From: Nannocystales bacterium
Lineage (GTDB): Bacteria; Myxococcota_A; Polyangia; Nannocystales; Nannocystaceae
Length of the DNA: 64,000 nt
Assembly: GCA_050633305.1 (NCBI GenBank)
Contig: JBOEGF010000010.1
Span: 192,001-256,000 of the forward strand
Direction: 5' to 3'
Shown here: piece after piece, positions 28,595 to 38,625 of the stretch
Numbering within the stretch: position 1 is the first letter of the stretch
Layout: each line of letters opens with the position of its first letter
Position numbers and translations under genes: made by a program
Notes under the pieces: generated by a model
The model's input: only the letters and a program-made list of their open reading frames with translations
What the model was told of the DNA's origin: nothing
The model's database searches: none

Positions 28595-30385
28595 ATGCGC
28601 CATCGCTTCGAATCCCTCGTCGATATGCAAACCCGGGTCTGCAGCCTGTTCGCTGGGTCCCGCCTCTTCGGTGTGAAATCGGGGGGGGCCTACGCGTGGT
28701 CCACTTACGAAGCGTTCGGGAACGACGTGGACGGGTTCCGAGGCGCGTTGGCGTCCATGGGAGTGGGGCCTGGCGACAAGGTCGCGGTTGTCGGCCACAA
28801 CAGCGTGTCCTGGGCGGTGGGCGCCTTTGCGACCTACGGGCTTGGGGCGGTCTACGTGCCCGTGATGCCCAACCTCCCGCGTAGCGCGATCGCGTACGCC
28901 GTGCGCGACAGCGGCGCGAAGGCCGTGTTGGCAGGCACGGATCGGTTGTATGCGGCCCTTCTGGAGGCCCGGGCTGAACTGCCCGATGTCGAGCACGTGC
29001 TCTCGATGGAAGCCAGCGGTCGCCCGCACGCGTTCGTCGAGCACTTGGTCCGCGGGCACGATGTGGATGCGCCGCCGGTGCGCCCGGGCTCCCAAGACCC
29101 CTCGACGATCTTGTACACGTCAGGCACGACCGGCGCTCCGAAGGGGGTTGTGCTCAGCCACGGCAACCTCATCTCCAACGTCAACGCCGTGCAGCAGGTT
29201 CACGACGTGCAGGCCGACGATGTCAGCTGCGCATTTCTTCCGTGGGCGAACGCGTTCGGTCTCACCTGCGAGTTGTTCGGGATGATGAGCGGCGGTGGTT
29301 CGCTGGGCCTGAGTGCGGACATGGAGAGCCTCGACGCAGACCTACAAGCCGTGCGCCCCACTGTGCTCTTTGGCGTACCGCAGGTGTGGAACACGCTGCA
29401 CGGACGCCTCCAGAAGAAGCTGGCCGGTGCGTCGACAGCCAAGCGCGCCATGTTCGAACGCGGGTTGTCCGTCGCCCGTCGGCGCCGCGAAGCCACAGCG
29501 AAGGGCGAGCGTAGCCTCCGTCTTGAAGCCGAGCATGCGTTGTACGCCAACATGCTGTTCGACGAGGTTCGAGAACACTTCGGTGGCCGCCTCCGGTACG
29601 CGGTCTCGGGCGGGGCAGCGTTGTCCAAGCCGGTCGCTCAGCTGATGGAGGACATCGGAATCGAGGTCTACGAGGGGTACGGGCTCACCGAGACCGCGCC
29701 GATCGTCACGACCAACACCCCGGACGCCAAGCGGTTGGGAACCGTGGGCCGTGCGATCCCCGGGGTCGACGTGTTCATCTGTGACGAACAAGACCAAGTC
29801 CTCGGCCCCGGCAAGGACGGCGAAGTGGTCGTGGCCGGGCCCAACGTGATGCTCGGGTACCACGGGGACCCCGAGACCACCGAGTCGGTCGTGTTCGACC
29901 TCGATGGGCTCCGGGCGTTCCGCACTGGCGATCTTGGTCAGCTCTCGCCTGCGGGATACCTGAGCATCACCGGCCGCCGAAAAAGCCGGTTCAAGCTCGC
30001 CGATGGGACCTTCGTTGTCCCCAAGCCGGTCGAACAACGGCTCGAACTCAGTCCGTTGATCCGGCGTGCCTACGTACACGGGGACAACCGAGACCACAGC
30101 GTCGCTTTGCTCGACCTCGATGCCGACGTGTTGCGGTCGTGGGCGGCCGAGAATGGAGCCGACGTCTCCGGAGAGCTGGAGGCGATCGAGGGGTTCTCGT
30201 CGTTCGTCGACGACGCGGTCAAGATGTGCCTCCAAGGGTGGGAGGGCCATCGCCCCGAGCGGTGGGCGTCGGTTCCACAGGGGTTCTCGGTCGAGCGCGG
30301 TGAGTTGACGCCCAAGCACACGCTCAAACGCCAGAACATCGCAGAGCGTCATGCCTCCCTGATCGAAGGGCTGTACTCGGGCTGA
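28595..30385 (+). CDS. long-chain fatty acid-CoA ligase
   Basis: YTSGTTGAPKG, YEGYGLTE, FRTGDLG. Confidence 0.92.
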   Translation: MRHRFESLVDMQTRVCSLFAGSRLFGVKSGGAYAWSTYEAFGNDVDGFRGALASMGVGPGDKVAVVGHNSVSWAVGAFATYGLGAVYVPVMPNLPRSAIAYAVRDSGAKAVLAGTDRLYAALLEARAELPDVEHVLSMEASGRPHAFVEHLVRGHDVDAPPVRPGSQDPSTILYTSGTTGAPKGVVLSHGNLISNVNAVQQVHDVQADDVSCAFLPWANAFGLTCELFGMMSGGGSLGLSADMESLDADLQAVRPTVLFGVPQVWNTLHGRLQKKLAGASTAKRAMFERGLSVARRRREATAKGERSLRLEAEHALYANMLFDEVREHFGGRLRYAVSGGAALSKPVAQLMEDIGIEVYEGYGLTETAPIVTTNTPDAKRLGTVGRAIPGVDVFICDEQDQVLGPGKDGEVVVAGPNVMLGYHGDPETTESVVFDLDGLRAFRTGDLGQLSPAGYLSITGRRKSRFKLADGTFVVPKPVEQRLELSPLIRRAYVHGDNRDHSVALLDLDADVLRSWAAENGADVSGELEAIEGFSSFVDDAVKMCLQGWEGHRPERWASVPQGFSVERGELTPKHTLKRQNIAERHASLIEGLYSG

Positions 30386-30428
30386 GCCCGACCGGGGCAT
30401 GCCGAAAGGCTGCTACGGTGCCGCTTCC

Positions 30429-31172
30429 ATGCGGCTGCAGTGCTTCGCTTGTCTCGCTTTGATGATCTCCCTCGCTGGGTGTTCCCCCAAGACGTCCGGC
30501 GAGTCACAGGCTCCGACTGCCCACGCACCCCACGGTCATGATGCTCATGCATCGGCCAACCCCGAACACGACGGCCATGGCCACGGACACCATCGTTTTG
30601 AGGATGCACAGGAGTGGGCGAAGCAGTTCGACGACCCCCAGCGCGATGCGTGGCAGAAGCCCGCGGCGGTGCTCGAATTTCTGAAGCTGGAGCCCACCGC
30701 AGTGGTCGCCGACCTTGGGGCGGGAACAGGCTACTTTGCCGTGAAGATCGCCGCAGCGATCCCGCAGGGTCGGGTGATCGCCAACGATATCGAGCCGGAC
30801 ATGGTCCGCTACCTGACAGAGCGTGCGGACAAGGAGGGCCTGGGCAACGTTGTCGCCGTTCAGGGGACCGCGCAGGGGCCCAAGCTTCCTGAGCCCGCCG
30901 ACGTTGCCTTCATGTGCGACGTCTACCACCACATCGGCGATAGACCGGCGTACTTCACCAAGGTCCGCGAACAACTTCGCGACGGAGGCCGGCTGGTCAT
31001 CGTCGACTTCCGCAAAGATGCGGCGGACGACATTCCTGGGCCCCCACCTGCGATGCGGGTTGCCCACGAACAGCTCGTGCACGAGCTCGAAAGCGTGGGC
31101 TGGAAGCACGTTCGGACCGACGTCGAGACACTCCCCCATCAGTACATCGTTGAGCTGGTTCCCGCGGGTTGA
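30429..31172 (+). CDS. class I SAM-dependent methyltransferase with lipoprotein signal and His-rich linker
   Basis: LAGC lipobox, RDAWQKP, VADLGAGTGYF. Confidence 0.88.
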   Translation: MRLQCFACLALMISLAGCSPKTSGESQAPTAHAPHGHDAHASANPEHDGHGHGHHRFEDAQEWAKQFDDPQRDAWQKPAAVLEFLKLEPTAVVADLGAGTGYFAVKIAAAIPQGRVIANDIEPDMVRYLTERADKEGLGNVVAVQGTAQGPKLPEPADVAFMCDVYHHIGDRPAYFTKVREQLRDGGRLVIVDFRKDAADDIPGPPPAMRVAHEQLVHELESVGWKHVRTDVETLPHQYIVELVPAG

Positions 31173-31183
31173 GGCCGAGAGCG

Positions 31184-31993
31184 ATGACGCAGCCTCGCGA
31201 AAAGCCAGGGTTTGGCAAAGGGGTGCTGCGTCGCACCAAGGGGCTGCAGAAGTTCGGCGGGGGTCGCTTCCATCCGCCCGACTCCTTGGCCCCATTCGTC
31301 GAGCACTTCTGGACCACGCATTGGGACCTGCGAGGCGAGCCCGTGTACGAGCAGGATGTACTTCCGCACCCCACCGTGAACGTGGTGTTGGAGCCGGGCT
31401 GTTCGGAGGTGGTCGGGGTGATGACGGGCAAGTTCACGCGTCGCCTGGAGGGACTTGGGCGCGTGTTTTCTGCGACGTTTTGGCCCGGTGGCTATTCCGC
31501 GTTTCATCCGGGGCCGCTGACCGAGTTGACCGACCGGCGGGTCCCGCTTGGGGACCTTCTCGATGTGGACGTGCCCACGCTCGAGCGACGGGTGTTTGTA
31601 GACGCTGGGGACGACGCGGAGCGCGTCGACGCCCTTGTCGGTGCCTTGGAAGCTTGCAGGCCCAGACTCGATCCTGCCGCCGCCCAAGCGCGGGACATCG
31701 TTCGCACGATCATCGACGAGCCCGAGATCCTTCGGGTGGATGACATCGCGGCGCAGGTGGGGCTCGGTGTTCGCACCCTGCAGCGGTTGTTCGCCCGCCA
31801 CGTCGGCGTGAGCCCCAAATGGGTGATTCAGCGGAAGCGTCTGCACGACGCGGCCGAAAGACTCGCCGCGCCCGAACCCCCCGACCTCGCGGCACTCGCC
31901 GCGGAGCTTGGCTACGCCGACCAGGCGCACTTTGTCCGAGACTTCCGCAGCGTGGTCGGGGTTGCGCCGGGCAGCTACACCCGCGAGTTGTAG
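31184..31993 (+). CDS. AraC family transcriptional regulator
   Basis: RTLQRLF...VGVSPK, LGYADQAHFVRDF. Confidence 0.92.
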   Translation: MTQPREKPGFGKGVLRRTKGLQKFGGGRFHPPDSLAPFVEHFWTTHWDLRGEPVYEQDVLPHPTVNVVLEPGCSEVVGVMTGKFTRRLEGLGRVFSATFWPGGYSAFHPGPLTELTDRRVPLGDLLDVDVPTLERRVFVDAGDDAERVDALVGALEACRPRLDPAAAQARDIVRTIIDEPEILRVDDIAAQVGLGVRTLQRLFARHVGVSPKWVIQRKRLHDAAERLAAPEPPDLAALAAELGYADQAHFVRDFRSVVGVAPGSYTREL

Positions 31994-32021
31994 GCACCGT
32001 GGTCTCCTGGGCGCCGGTGGG

Positions 32022-32897
32022 TCAAGGCAGCGCGTTCCCGCTTGCGAGCGCACCTCGGATTCCGCCCATAGACGCGCCGATTTCAGGCGTCCAGCCCAGG
32101 GTGCCCAGACGGGTCGCATCCAACGCGGCGTCCATGGCGAGGAATGCTGCAAGCGGTCCATCGGCCTCGATGGCTTCCGCGAGCGTTCGGGGTTGCAGTT
32201 GGACGCTGGCCGCTTCCGCGATGGCGCGCCACAGGCCCAGCATGGGTTCGGGTTCCCGCTCGGCGACGTGGAAGACCCCCCGGGCCTCGGACTCGGCGAG
32301 CAGGACATAGGCGCGGGCCAGATCGCGCACGTGGACCGTGGACCAACAGTTCTCGCCTCCATCGATTACGTATGCACCGCCGGCCGACGCACTCTGAGCC
32401 ATTCGAGCCAGCGGCCCGCCTCCATCGCCGTACACGATCGGGGGCCGGACCACGATGCCGCGCGCTGTGGTGGCCTTCAGAACCCGGTCTTCGGCGTGGG
32501 CCAGCCAGTCAAGCGGTCCGCCAAGAGGGGCAACGTCGGACTCGACGACGGGAGTCCGGCTGCTCCTGGCACGCGGTGCCCCGCTCGTCGTCACGAACAG
32601 ACCTCCACGCATCGCGGACAGCATCGCCTCGACGGCCGCTTTGTCGATGTCTGCTCGGCTCGAACCTGGGTCCGCGGCAGTGTGAATGACGCCGTCTCCT
32701 GCGGCTGCTTCGGCCTCCAGCACGTCGAGGTCGGTCAAGCTTCCCGCGACAGGGCTGGCTCCCACGCCCCGGACGATCTCGGCTGCGCGGTCTGAACGGG
32801 CCAAACCACGGACACGATGACCGCGTTCGATGAGCGCCGCGGCGACCGCCGAACCTATGTATCCACTCGCACCGGTGATGAAGAGATTCATGATCAT
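32022..32897 (-). CDS. NAD-dependent epimerase/dehydratase
   Basis: ITGASGYIG, VHVRDLA. Confidence 0.9.
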   Translation of the reverse strand: MIMNLFITGASGYIGSAVAAALIERGHRVRGLARSDRAAEIVRGVGASPVAGSLTDLDVLEAEAAAGDGVIHTAADPGSSRADIDKAAVEAMLSAMRGGLFVTTSGAPRARSSRTPVVESDVAPLGGPLDWLAHAEDRVLKATTARGIVVRPPIVYGDGGGPLARMAQSASAGGAYVIDGGENCWSTVHVRDLARAYVLLAESEARGVFHVAEREPEPMLGLWRAIAEAASVQLQPRTLAEAIEADGPLAAFLAMDAALDATRLGTLGWTPEIGASMGGIRGALASGNALP

Positions 32898-33018
32898 GTC
32901 TCGCTTTCTTCGGGCCTCTAGGGCCGCCCAGACACGCTAGGAAGCTTCGCCGTGCCTGGGTATGCTGGGCCGTCCAGGAATTCATTGCCGTCGTCCCGAA
33001 CACCTCTCGTCGTCCTCT

Positions 33019-33945
33019 GTGACTACTGACGATGCGATGACAGCGGTGCTGCGGCACCTTCGGATCCGCGACCCTCTGTTCGGCCGCATCGAGCTCCGTG
33101 AACCATGGGGCGGGCCCTCGAGCCCCGATGCGGACTTGTTGCTTCATCACGTCGTGGAGGGCACCGCGTACCTGCACCTGGACGGTCCCCCGGTCGAGAT
33201 CCGTGCTGGCGGGGTCGTGTTGCTCGCCGGTTGTGCACACGCGCTGAGCCACGGGCCCGGCCGCCCCGGCCCAGAGACTCGGTTCTGGGATGGACCCTCA
33301 GAGTCCGTGGGTCCCAGTGCAGTGCGACGCCGGCTCGGGGGGAGCGGGTCGCAGACCGTGATCCTCTGCGCGTCCGCATCGCTCGAGGGTGCTGCATCGC
33401 GGCTGTTGCTTTCCAGCCTGCCCCCGGTTGTCCACGTGGAGTGTGCGTCGGAACTCCCAGGCTTCGCACTCGTCCTCGACTGCATCCGAGACGAGGTCTC
33501 GTCGAACCGTGCAGGCGCCCCTGCAATGCTCGCGCGTTATGCCGAGATGCTCTTGCTTCTGGTCGTGCGCGCGAACACCAGCCCGACACGCGGTTGGACG
33601 GCGGCGCTTGCCGATGTTGGCCTTGGACGCGCACTGGCAGCGTTGTACGAAGACCCGGCGCGCTCATGGACGGTGGTCGAGTTGGCGCGCACCGCAGGCA
33701 TGAGTCGCTCGCGGTTCTCCGAGTGTTTTCGCGACCAGGTTGGTGAGAGTCCGATCCGGCACCTAACCCGGTGGCGCATGGCCCTGGCCCAAGACTTGCT
33801 CGCGGCCGGGAGCCGTGTCGGCGCAGTTGCAGCGTGCGTCGGCTACAGCGACGAAGCTGCGTTCAGCAACGCGTTCCGCCGCGAGGTGGGCGTGAGCCCT
33901 GGGCAGTTTCGCGACACCGCGCGATCCGTCTCGAACCCCCCGTGA
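33019..33945 (+). CDS. AraC family regulator with cupin sensor domain
   Basis: WTVVELARTAGMSRSRF, VGYSDEAAFSNAFRR; divergent from the epimerase; start uncertain. Confidence 0.9.
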   Translation: MTTDDAMTAVLRHLRIRDPLFGRIELREPWGGPSSPDADLLLHHVVEGTAYLHLDGPPVEIRAGGVVLLAGCAHALSHGPGRPGPETRFWDGPSESVGPSAVRRRLGGSGSQTVILCASASLEGAASRLLLSSLPPVVHVECASELPGFALVLDCIRDEVSSNRAGAPAMLARYAEMLLLLVVRANTSPTRGWTAALADVGLGRALAALYEDPARSWTVVELARTAGMSRSRFSECFRDQVGESPIRHLTRWRMALAQDLLAAGSRVGAVAACVGYSDEAAFSNAFRREVGVSPGQFRDTARSVSNPP

Positions 33946-34017
33946 GACTGTCTTGTCGAGTCTTCCCTCCGGCGTGAGTGCGACCTGCCGGGGGCCTCGG
34001 GCTGCGACACTCGCGTG

Positions 34018-34380
34018 CTACAGCGCCGCCCCGTCGTAGTGCTGGACGGGCAACGCACCGAAGTCGAAATCCGTGAGACAGCGGGTGTTGACCGCGTACA
34101 TCTTCTCGCCATCGTGGCCCGGCCCCCAAGAGAACGGCCGAACGCCGCACGTTTTGCAGAACAGGTGGTGGGTCTTTTCCTTGCCGAACAAGTAGTCGGT
34201 GAGGGCGTCATCGCCCTGGAGCAGCGTGAAGCTGTTGGCGGGCGCAAACGCCAGCTTCCAGCCCGCGCGGGAGCACATCGAGCAGTTGCACTCCATCAGA
34301 CCGTCGATCTCCGCTTGGAGTTCGAACTTTACTGCGCCGCAGTGGCAGCTTCCCTGGTGCGTGGGGACGGTGTCAGCCAT
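34018..34380 (-). CDS. GFA/CENP-V family protein
   Basis: GSCHCGAV, CNCSMC, FCKTCG. Confidence 0.92.
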   Translation of the reverse strand: MADTVPTHQGSCHCGAVKFELQAEIDGLMECNCSMCSRAGWKLAFAPANSFTLLQGDDALTDYLFGKEKTHHLFCKTCGVRPFSWGPGHDGEKMYAVNTRCLTDFDFGALPVQHYDGAAL

Positions 34381-34494
34381 GGGAGGAGCATGACGGCGAC
34401 GGCGGCTGCCGTATTGAACAAACGCGTCACGCCCTCAATGGGGGAGCTGCTCGGCTCCCGTCCTCCCGTCCGTATCCCGCCACACCCCTCCGGA

Positions 34495-36249
34495 CTACAG
34501 GGGCGTGAAGACCACGAACACCACGTGTTGGCCCCAGGCGGAGTAGGGCGGGGTGAAGTAGCTGACGGTAACTGCGACCGCCATGTCCTCGTGCTCGAAG
34601 AACTCCTTCGAGAAATCAGGGGTCCAGCCGTCGATGAGTGTGGGGGTGTAGATGAAACCGTAGAAGTCCCGACCGACGCGTTCGCTGAAGTGTTTGACCA
34701 TCCGCTCGAGTTCCTCGCCAGGCTTGCTCTGTTCGAGGCGGATACGCTCGGCGCTCTCGGAGAGGGCGGCCGCGTCGACGCCTCCCTCGACCCGTTGCAC
34801 GGGAGGGAGATCGACGGAGGCTCGCGCATCGTCGAGGGCCGCGAGCACTGCGGCCTCCTCTGCGGCGAACTCGCCGGGTACGAACACCTCGTAGCCAACG
34901 TTGAGCAACCCTCGCGCCGAGTTGTCGGGATCATCGAGGACGGCGGTTGAAACGACGAACGTCTCGGGGCTGAGGGCGGTGGCTCGGAACGCCGGAAAGA
35001 ACAGCGCCCCGGCGAGGATGCGGTCCAGCGGCGTGTCCGGGTGGTGAAACAGGGTATTGAAGGTGCCCTGTCGGATGGTTTGGTCGACCTGCCACCCCGC
35101 GATGAGCCCCATCGCCACCTCGTTGCGTACGCTCGGGGCGGCGGTGTTGAGCAGGTGAGGGAAGAGGTTGGCGGTCACGACGTCCTGCTTCGGTGCACCC
35201 ACCACATCGGGAAGCCCGGTCTTTCCGCGTAAGGCGTTGATTCCTGCGAGAACCGCCGACGGGCTGAAGTCGCCTGCGGTCGCGGGGAGATCGAGCGAGG
35301 GAGCGTCGTATTGGGTGGGCGCGGAGCCGTCGGGGGAGAGCAGGACACGCGCCATCACTTGGCCGAGCACTGAACCCTTGGGAGCAGCAACGACTTCCAC
35401 GACCTCCAGCGCGTCGTCGAGCTTGGTCGGGCAGCGAAATCCGAACGTGCCAGCGGGGTCTGAAGCGGGGAGACGAGCACAGCTCTTGCTGCCGAACGCG
35501 CCTTGCGTGACCCGGGCCGTCATCCACTCGGTCGGTTGGTCGTAGACGCCCGAGATCTCTACGTAGCCATCACCGCCGCTGTGGAACGGGACGGGGGTGA
35601 GCTCCAGCGGTGGCTCTCCCACGAGGACGGACACGACGACCTGCTTCTCGCCTTTCCATACTCCAAGACCCGCGACGGCTTGGGCGGATGCGTCGTCGAG
35701 CAGTGCGAGAACCTGCGGTTCGGGTCGCTTGGGGTTCAAGGGCCGAAACTTGTCGAGGTCGAACGACCAGCGCGCTGACCGGACTGTGTCGAAGGGGACG
35801 CCGCAGCGCGCGTGCATGAAGGCGCGAACGTCGGCGCCCACGACGGTCTCGGGATGCTCGGCGTCAAAGCGCGCGTACTGCTGGGCGAGACAGGTCATCG
35901 CGGCGGAGACCGGCACGCCAGAACCGCCGGACTTGACCCAAGCCGAGAACGCGTTGGAGCTGGCGTCGTCGCCTGCGTAGGGCGCCCTCCACTGGGCCTG
36001 GGGAACGGATGGCTCGATGGACCAGGAGGTGACCGCCGCGAGGGTGCCGACGACAGCCAGCGGACGATCGACCGGGGTCGCGCCGAGTTCGTCCAAGCGC
36101 TCTTGGGTTGGAAATGGCTGCCGGATGGGAACTGCGTTGGCAGCGAGCTTCTTTGTCTTGAACCTGGGCGTGGGCGACGAGGCTGCGCAACCGACGGAAA
36201 ACAGGGCAACCAGCGTTGCGTACGTGAGGAATCGAGTCTTGAACAGCAT
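34495..36249 (-). CDS. hypothetical lipoprotein
   Basis: FSVGC lipobox; long ORF. Confidence 0.75.
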   Translation of the reverse strand: MLFKTRFLTYATLVALFSVGCAASSPTPRFKTKKLAANAVPIRQPFPTQERLDELGATPVDRPLAVVGTLAAVTSWSIEPSVPQAQWRAPYAGDDASSNAFSAWVKSGGSGVPVSAAMTCLAQQYARFDAEHPETVVGADVRAFMHARCGVPFDTVRSARWSFDLDKFRPLNPKRPEPQVLALLDDASAQAVAGLGVWKGEKQVVVSVLVGEPPLELTPVPFHSGGDGYVEISGVYDQPTEWMTARVTQGAFGSKSCARLPASDPAGTFGFRCPTKLDDALEVVEVVAAPKGSVLGQVMARVLLSPDGSAPTQYDAPSLDLPATAGDFSPSAVLAGINALRGKTGLPDVVGAPKQDVVTANLFPHLLNTAAPSVRNEVAMGLIAGWQVDQTIRQGTFNTLFHHPDTPLDRILAGALFFPAFRATALSPETFVVSTAVLDDPDNSARGLLNVGYEVFVPGEFAAEEAAVLAALDDARASVDLPPVQRVEGGVDAAALSESAERIRLEQSKPGEELERMVKHFSERVGRDFYGFIYTPTLIDGWTPDFSKEFFEHEDMAVAVTVSYFTPPYSAWGQHVVFVVFTPL

Positions 36250-36374
36250 CCTGCGTCCTGTGCGAAGAAAGCCAGCTCTGGCGGGGTCGGTCAAGCGATT
36301 GGTGCGCCGCGGACACTGGATTGTTGCGTCGGCCGGCGGTTGTGGGAGGCCGCATCGGGGCTACAACGCTTCTC

Positions 36375-37019
36375 ATGATCCGAAGCAATTCGATCGCACT
36401 CGCCTTCGGCCTCGTTCTGACCGCCACTGCGTGCAGCAATCCCGCCGATGGGAAGCCGCAGGCCAAGGTCGAAGAGGCGGCACCGATGGACAAGACGGCA
36501 ACCCCGGCCGTGAAGACGGGCGTCTTCACCGTCAACGCGGGTGCCTCCAAGCTGGGCTTTGTCGGATCGAAGGTCACGGGCTCGCACCCGGGGGGCTTCA
36601 AAAAATTCACGGCTACGGTCGACCCCAAAGACGGGAAGGTCGAAGGAGGCAGCGTGTCGGTCGAGATCGACATCGACAGCATGTTCAGCGACAGCGAAAA
36701 GCTGACCGGACACCTCAAGAGCGCCGACTTCTTTGACGCGCAGGCGCACCCCAAGGCCACCTTCCAGTCCTCCGAAATCAAAGCCGGCGGAGCCGACGGC
36801 CACAGTCACACCGTCGTGGGCAACCTCGGGTTGCATGGCGTGACCAAGCAGATCACTTTCCCCGCCAACATCTCGATGAGCGGCGGAACGGTCACGGTGA
36901 AGAGCGAGTTCTCCATCAACCGCAAGGACTTCAAGATGGCCTACGCTGGCAAGGCGGACGATCTGATCCGCGACGAGGTCGTGATCAACCTCGATCTCAC
37001 CTTCGACGGGAAGGCCTGA
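36375..37019 (+). CDS. YceI family lipoprotein
   Basis: HLKSADFFD, GNLGLHGVTK, INRKDF. Confidence 0.92.
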   Translation: MIRSNSIALAFGLVLTATACSNPADGKPQAKVEEAAPMDKTATPAVKTGVFTVNAGASKLGFVGSKVTGSHPGGFKKFTATVDPKDGKVEGGSVSVEIDIDSMFSDSEKLTGHLKSADFFDAQAHPKATFQSSEIKAGGADGHSHTVVGNLGLHGVTKQITFPANISMSGGTVTVKSEFSINRKDFKMAYAGKADDLIRDEVVINLDLTFDGKA

Positions 37020-37025
37020 GCGCGC

Positions 37026-37589
37026 CTACCAACGGATCGTGCACGTGATGCGGCCGTCCTCGAGGCGGCTCGCATCGATCTCGACCGTTGCGTCTTCGGG
37101 CTGGGCCCGGACCATCCCCAGCAGAGACCCCTCGACCGAGTAGAGGGTCCGCTCGACCCGGAGTCTCGGCGGGAGATTGGCGTAGTAGATCCGGATGGTG
37201 TTTTCGTGGCTCTCGGTCGTGACGCTGCCCATGTTGCGGGTCGTCACCTGCCAGCCGCGGGCGATCCACTTGAACTGGCCGGCGGGGTCCTTCCCGAAGA
37301 TGCGTCGAGCCGAGGCCATGATGGGGCCAAAGAGTTTGGACTCGGACCACACCGTCACTTGCTGAGCGAAAAACTCCTTGAACCCTTCGGGGCCGAGGAC
37401 GTCGAGCAGGGCGGCGGAGAGTCGTTCGAGTGGCCGGCTGTCCATCCACGTGAGACTTCGTCCGCCGTCGATGGCTTCGATGTCCTGAGGATCGACCCGA
37501 GAGAGGACCGCGTCGGCCTCCGGGAGGTTCCGGATGCGCTTGAGCGTCATCCGACACATCGCAACCCGGTACTGCGGCTCCTCCGACAC
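37026..37589 (-). CDS. hypothetical protein (myxobacterial, V4R/DUF2378-like)
   Basis: Natural composition ending CTIRW; family guess only. Confidence 0.65.
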   Translation of the reverse strand: MSEEPQYRVAMCRMTLKRIRNLPEADAVLSRVDPQDIEAIDGGRSLTWMDSRPLERLSAALLDVLGPEGFKEFFAQQVTVWSESKLFGPIMASARRIFGKDPAGQFKWIARGWQVTTRNMGSVTTESHENTIRIYYANLPPRLRVERTLYSVEGSLLGMVRAQPEDATVEIDASRLEDGRITCTIRW

Positions 37590-37662
37590 CTATAGCGATC
37601 TTGCGACAAGCCTCGCTGACTTGCGAGGGTTGATGTGAAACTGAGGTCGTCTCGGGAATCGA

Positions 37663-38625
37663 ATGGTGCCGGACTTGGTACGCTCGGCCACATTGCAGGC
37701 AACCACAAGCCAGTCCGAGACGCTCGGCGGCCTCAGCTGTGAGAGCTGCGGGGCGTCGCTCAACGTTGAAGCGGGAGAGCGTACCGCGATGTGCCCGTAT
37801 TGCGCATCCCCAGCTGTGGTGGCAAAGCCGCGGGCGGCTGGGGAGGACCCTGCATTCGTCGTGGGGTTCGTCATTCCCGAGGCTGACGCACGGACACGAG
37901 CCCGGGCGTGGATCCAGAGCACATGGTTCGTGAAGTCCGCGTTCGCGAAGGCGGACGTCAGCGCGGTTCGAGGGGTGTATCTGCCCGCATACTTGTATTC
38001 GGGTTCAGCGGCGGTCGAGTACACCGCGCAGATCGGTGAGAACTACACCGTCACCGAGACGTACACGACGACCGACTCCCAAGGGAAAACCGTCACCCGC
38101 ACCCGAACACGCACGGTGACCGAGTGGAGATCGCTCCAAGGCTCATGGGCCGCCTACCTCGACGACGTGGTCGTGACCGCCTCCCGCGGACTCGAGAACG
38201 CTGAACTCGAAGCGATCGAGCCGTACGATCTTCGCGCCCTCCACCGCTACACACCCAAGCTGCTCTCTGGGTGGCTGGCCGAGGACCCATCGCGATCTGT
38301 GGCGGAGTGCGCCGCGATGGCGCGGCAGGAAGCGGTCGAGCAAGTGGGGCGGCGAGTGTCGGCGCACATGCCTGGCGATAGTCACCGAAGCCTGCAGTAC
38401 AAGACGCGGTTCGAGAACGAACACGGTGCGTTGATGTTGCTTCCCGTATGGGTGCTCGCGGTGAAGTACGATCCCGAGGCCCCTGCGGTGCGGATGGTCC
38501 TCAACGGCCAAACGGGCGCGCTGATCGGAAAACCGCCGCGCTCGTGGGTCAAAATCTCGCTCGCTGTGGTCGTGGGCATTGTGTTGATCGCGGCCGTCGT
38601 CGCGCTGGCGGGGGCAAACCCATGA
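37663..38625 (+). CDS. Zn-ribbon membrane-anchored protein
   Basis: CESCGA...CPYC, GVYLP, LLPVW, NGQTG, C-terminal TM. Confidence 0.82.
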   Translation: MVPDLVRSATLQATTSQSETLGGLSCESCGASLNVEAGERTAMCPYCASPAVVAKPRAAGEDPAFVVGFVIPEADARTRARAWIQSTWFVKSAFAKADVSAVRGVYLPAYLYSGSAAVEYTAQIGENYTVTETYTTTDSQGKTVTRTRTRTVTEWRSLQGSWAAYLDDVVVTASRGLENAELEAIEPYDLRALHRYTPKLLSGWLAEDPSRSVAECAAMARQEAVEQVGRRVSAHMPGDSHRSLQYKTRFENEHGALMLLPVWVLAVKYDPEAPAVRMVLNGQTGALIGKPPRSWVKISLAVVVGIVLIAAVVALAGANP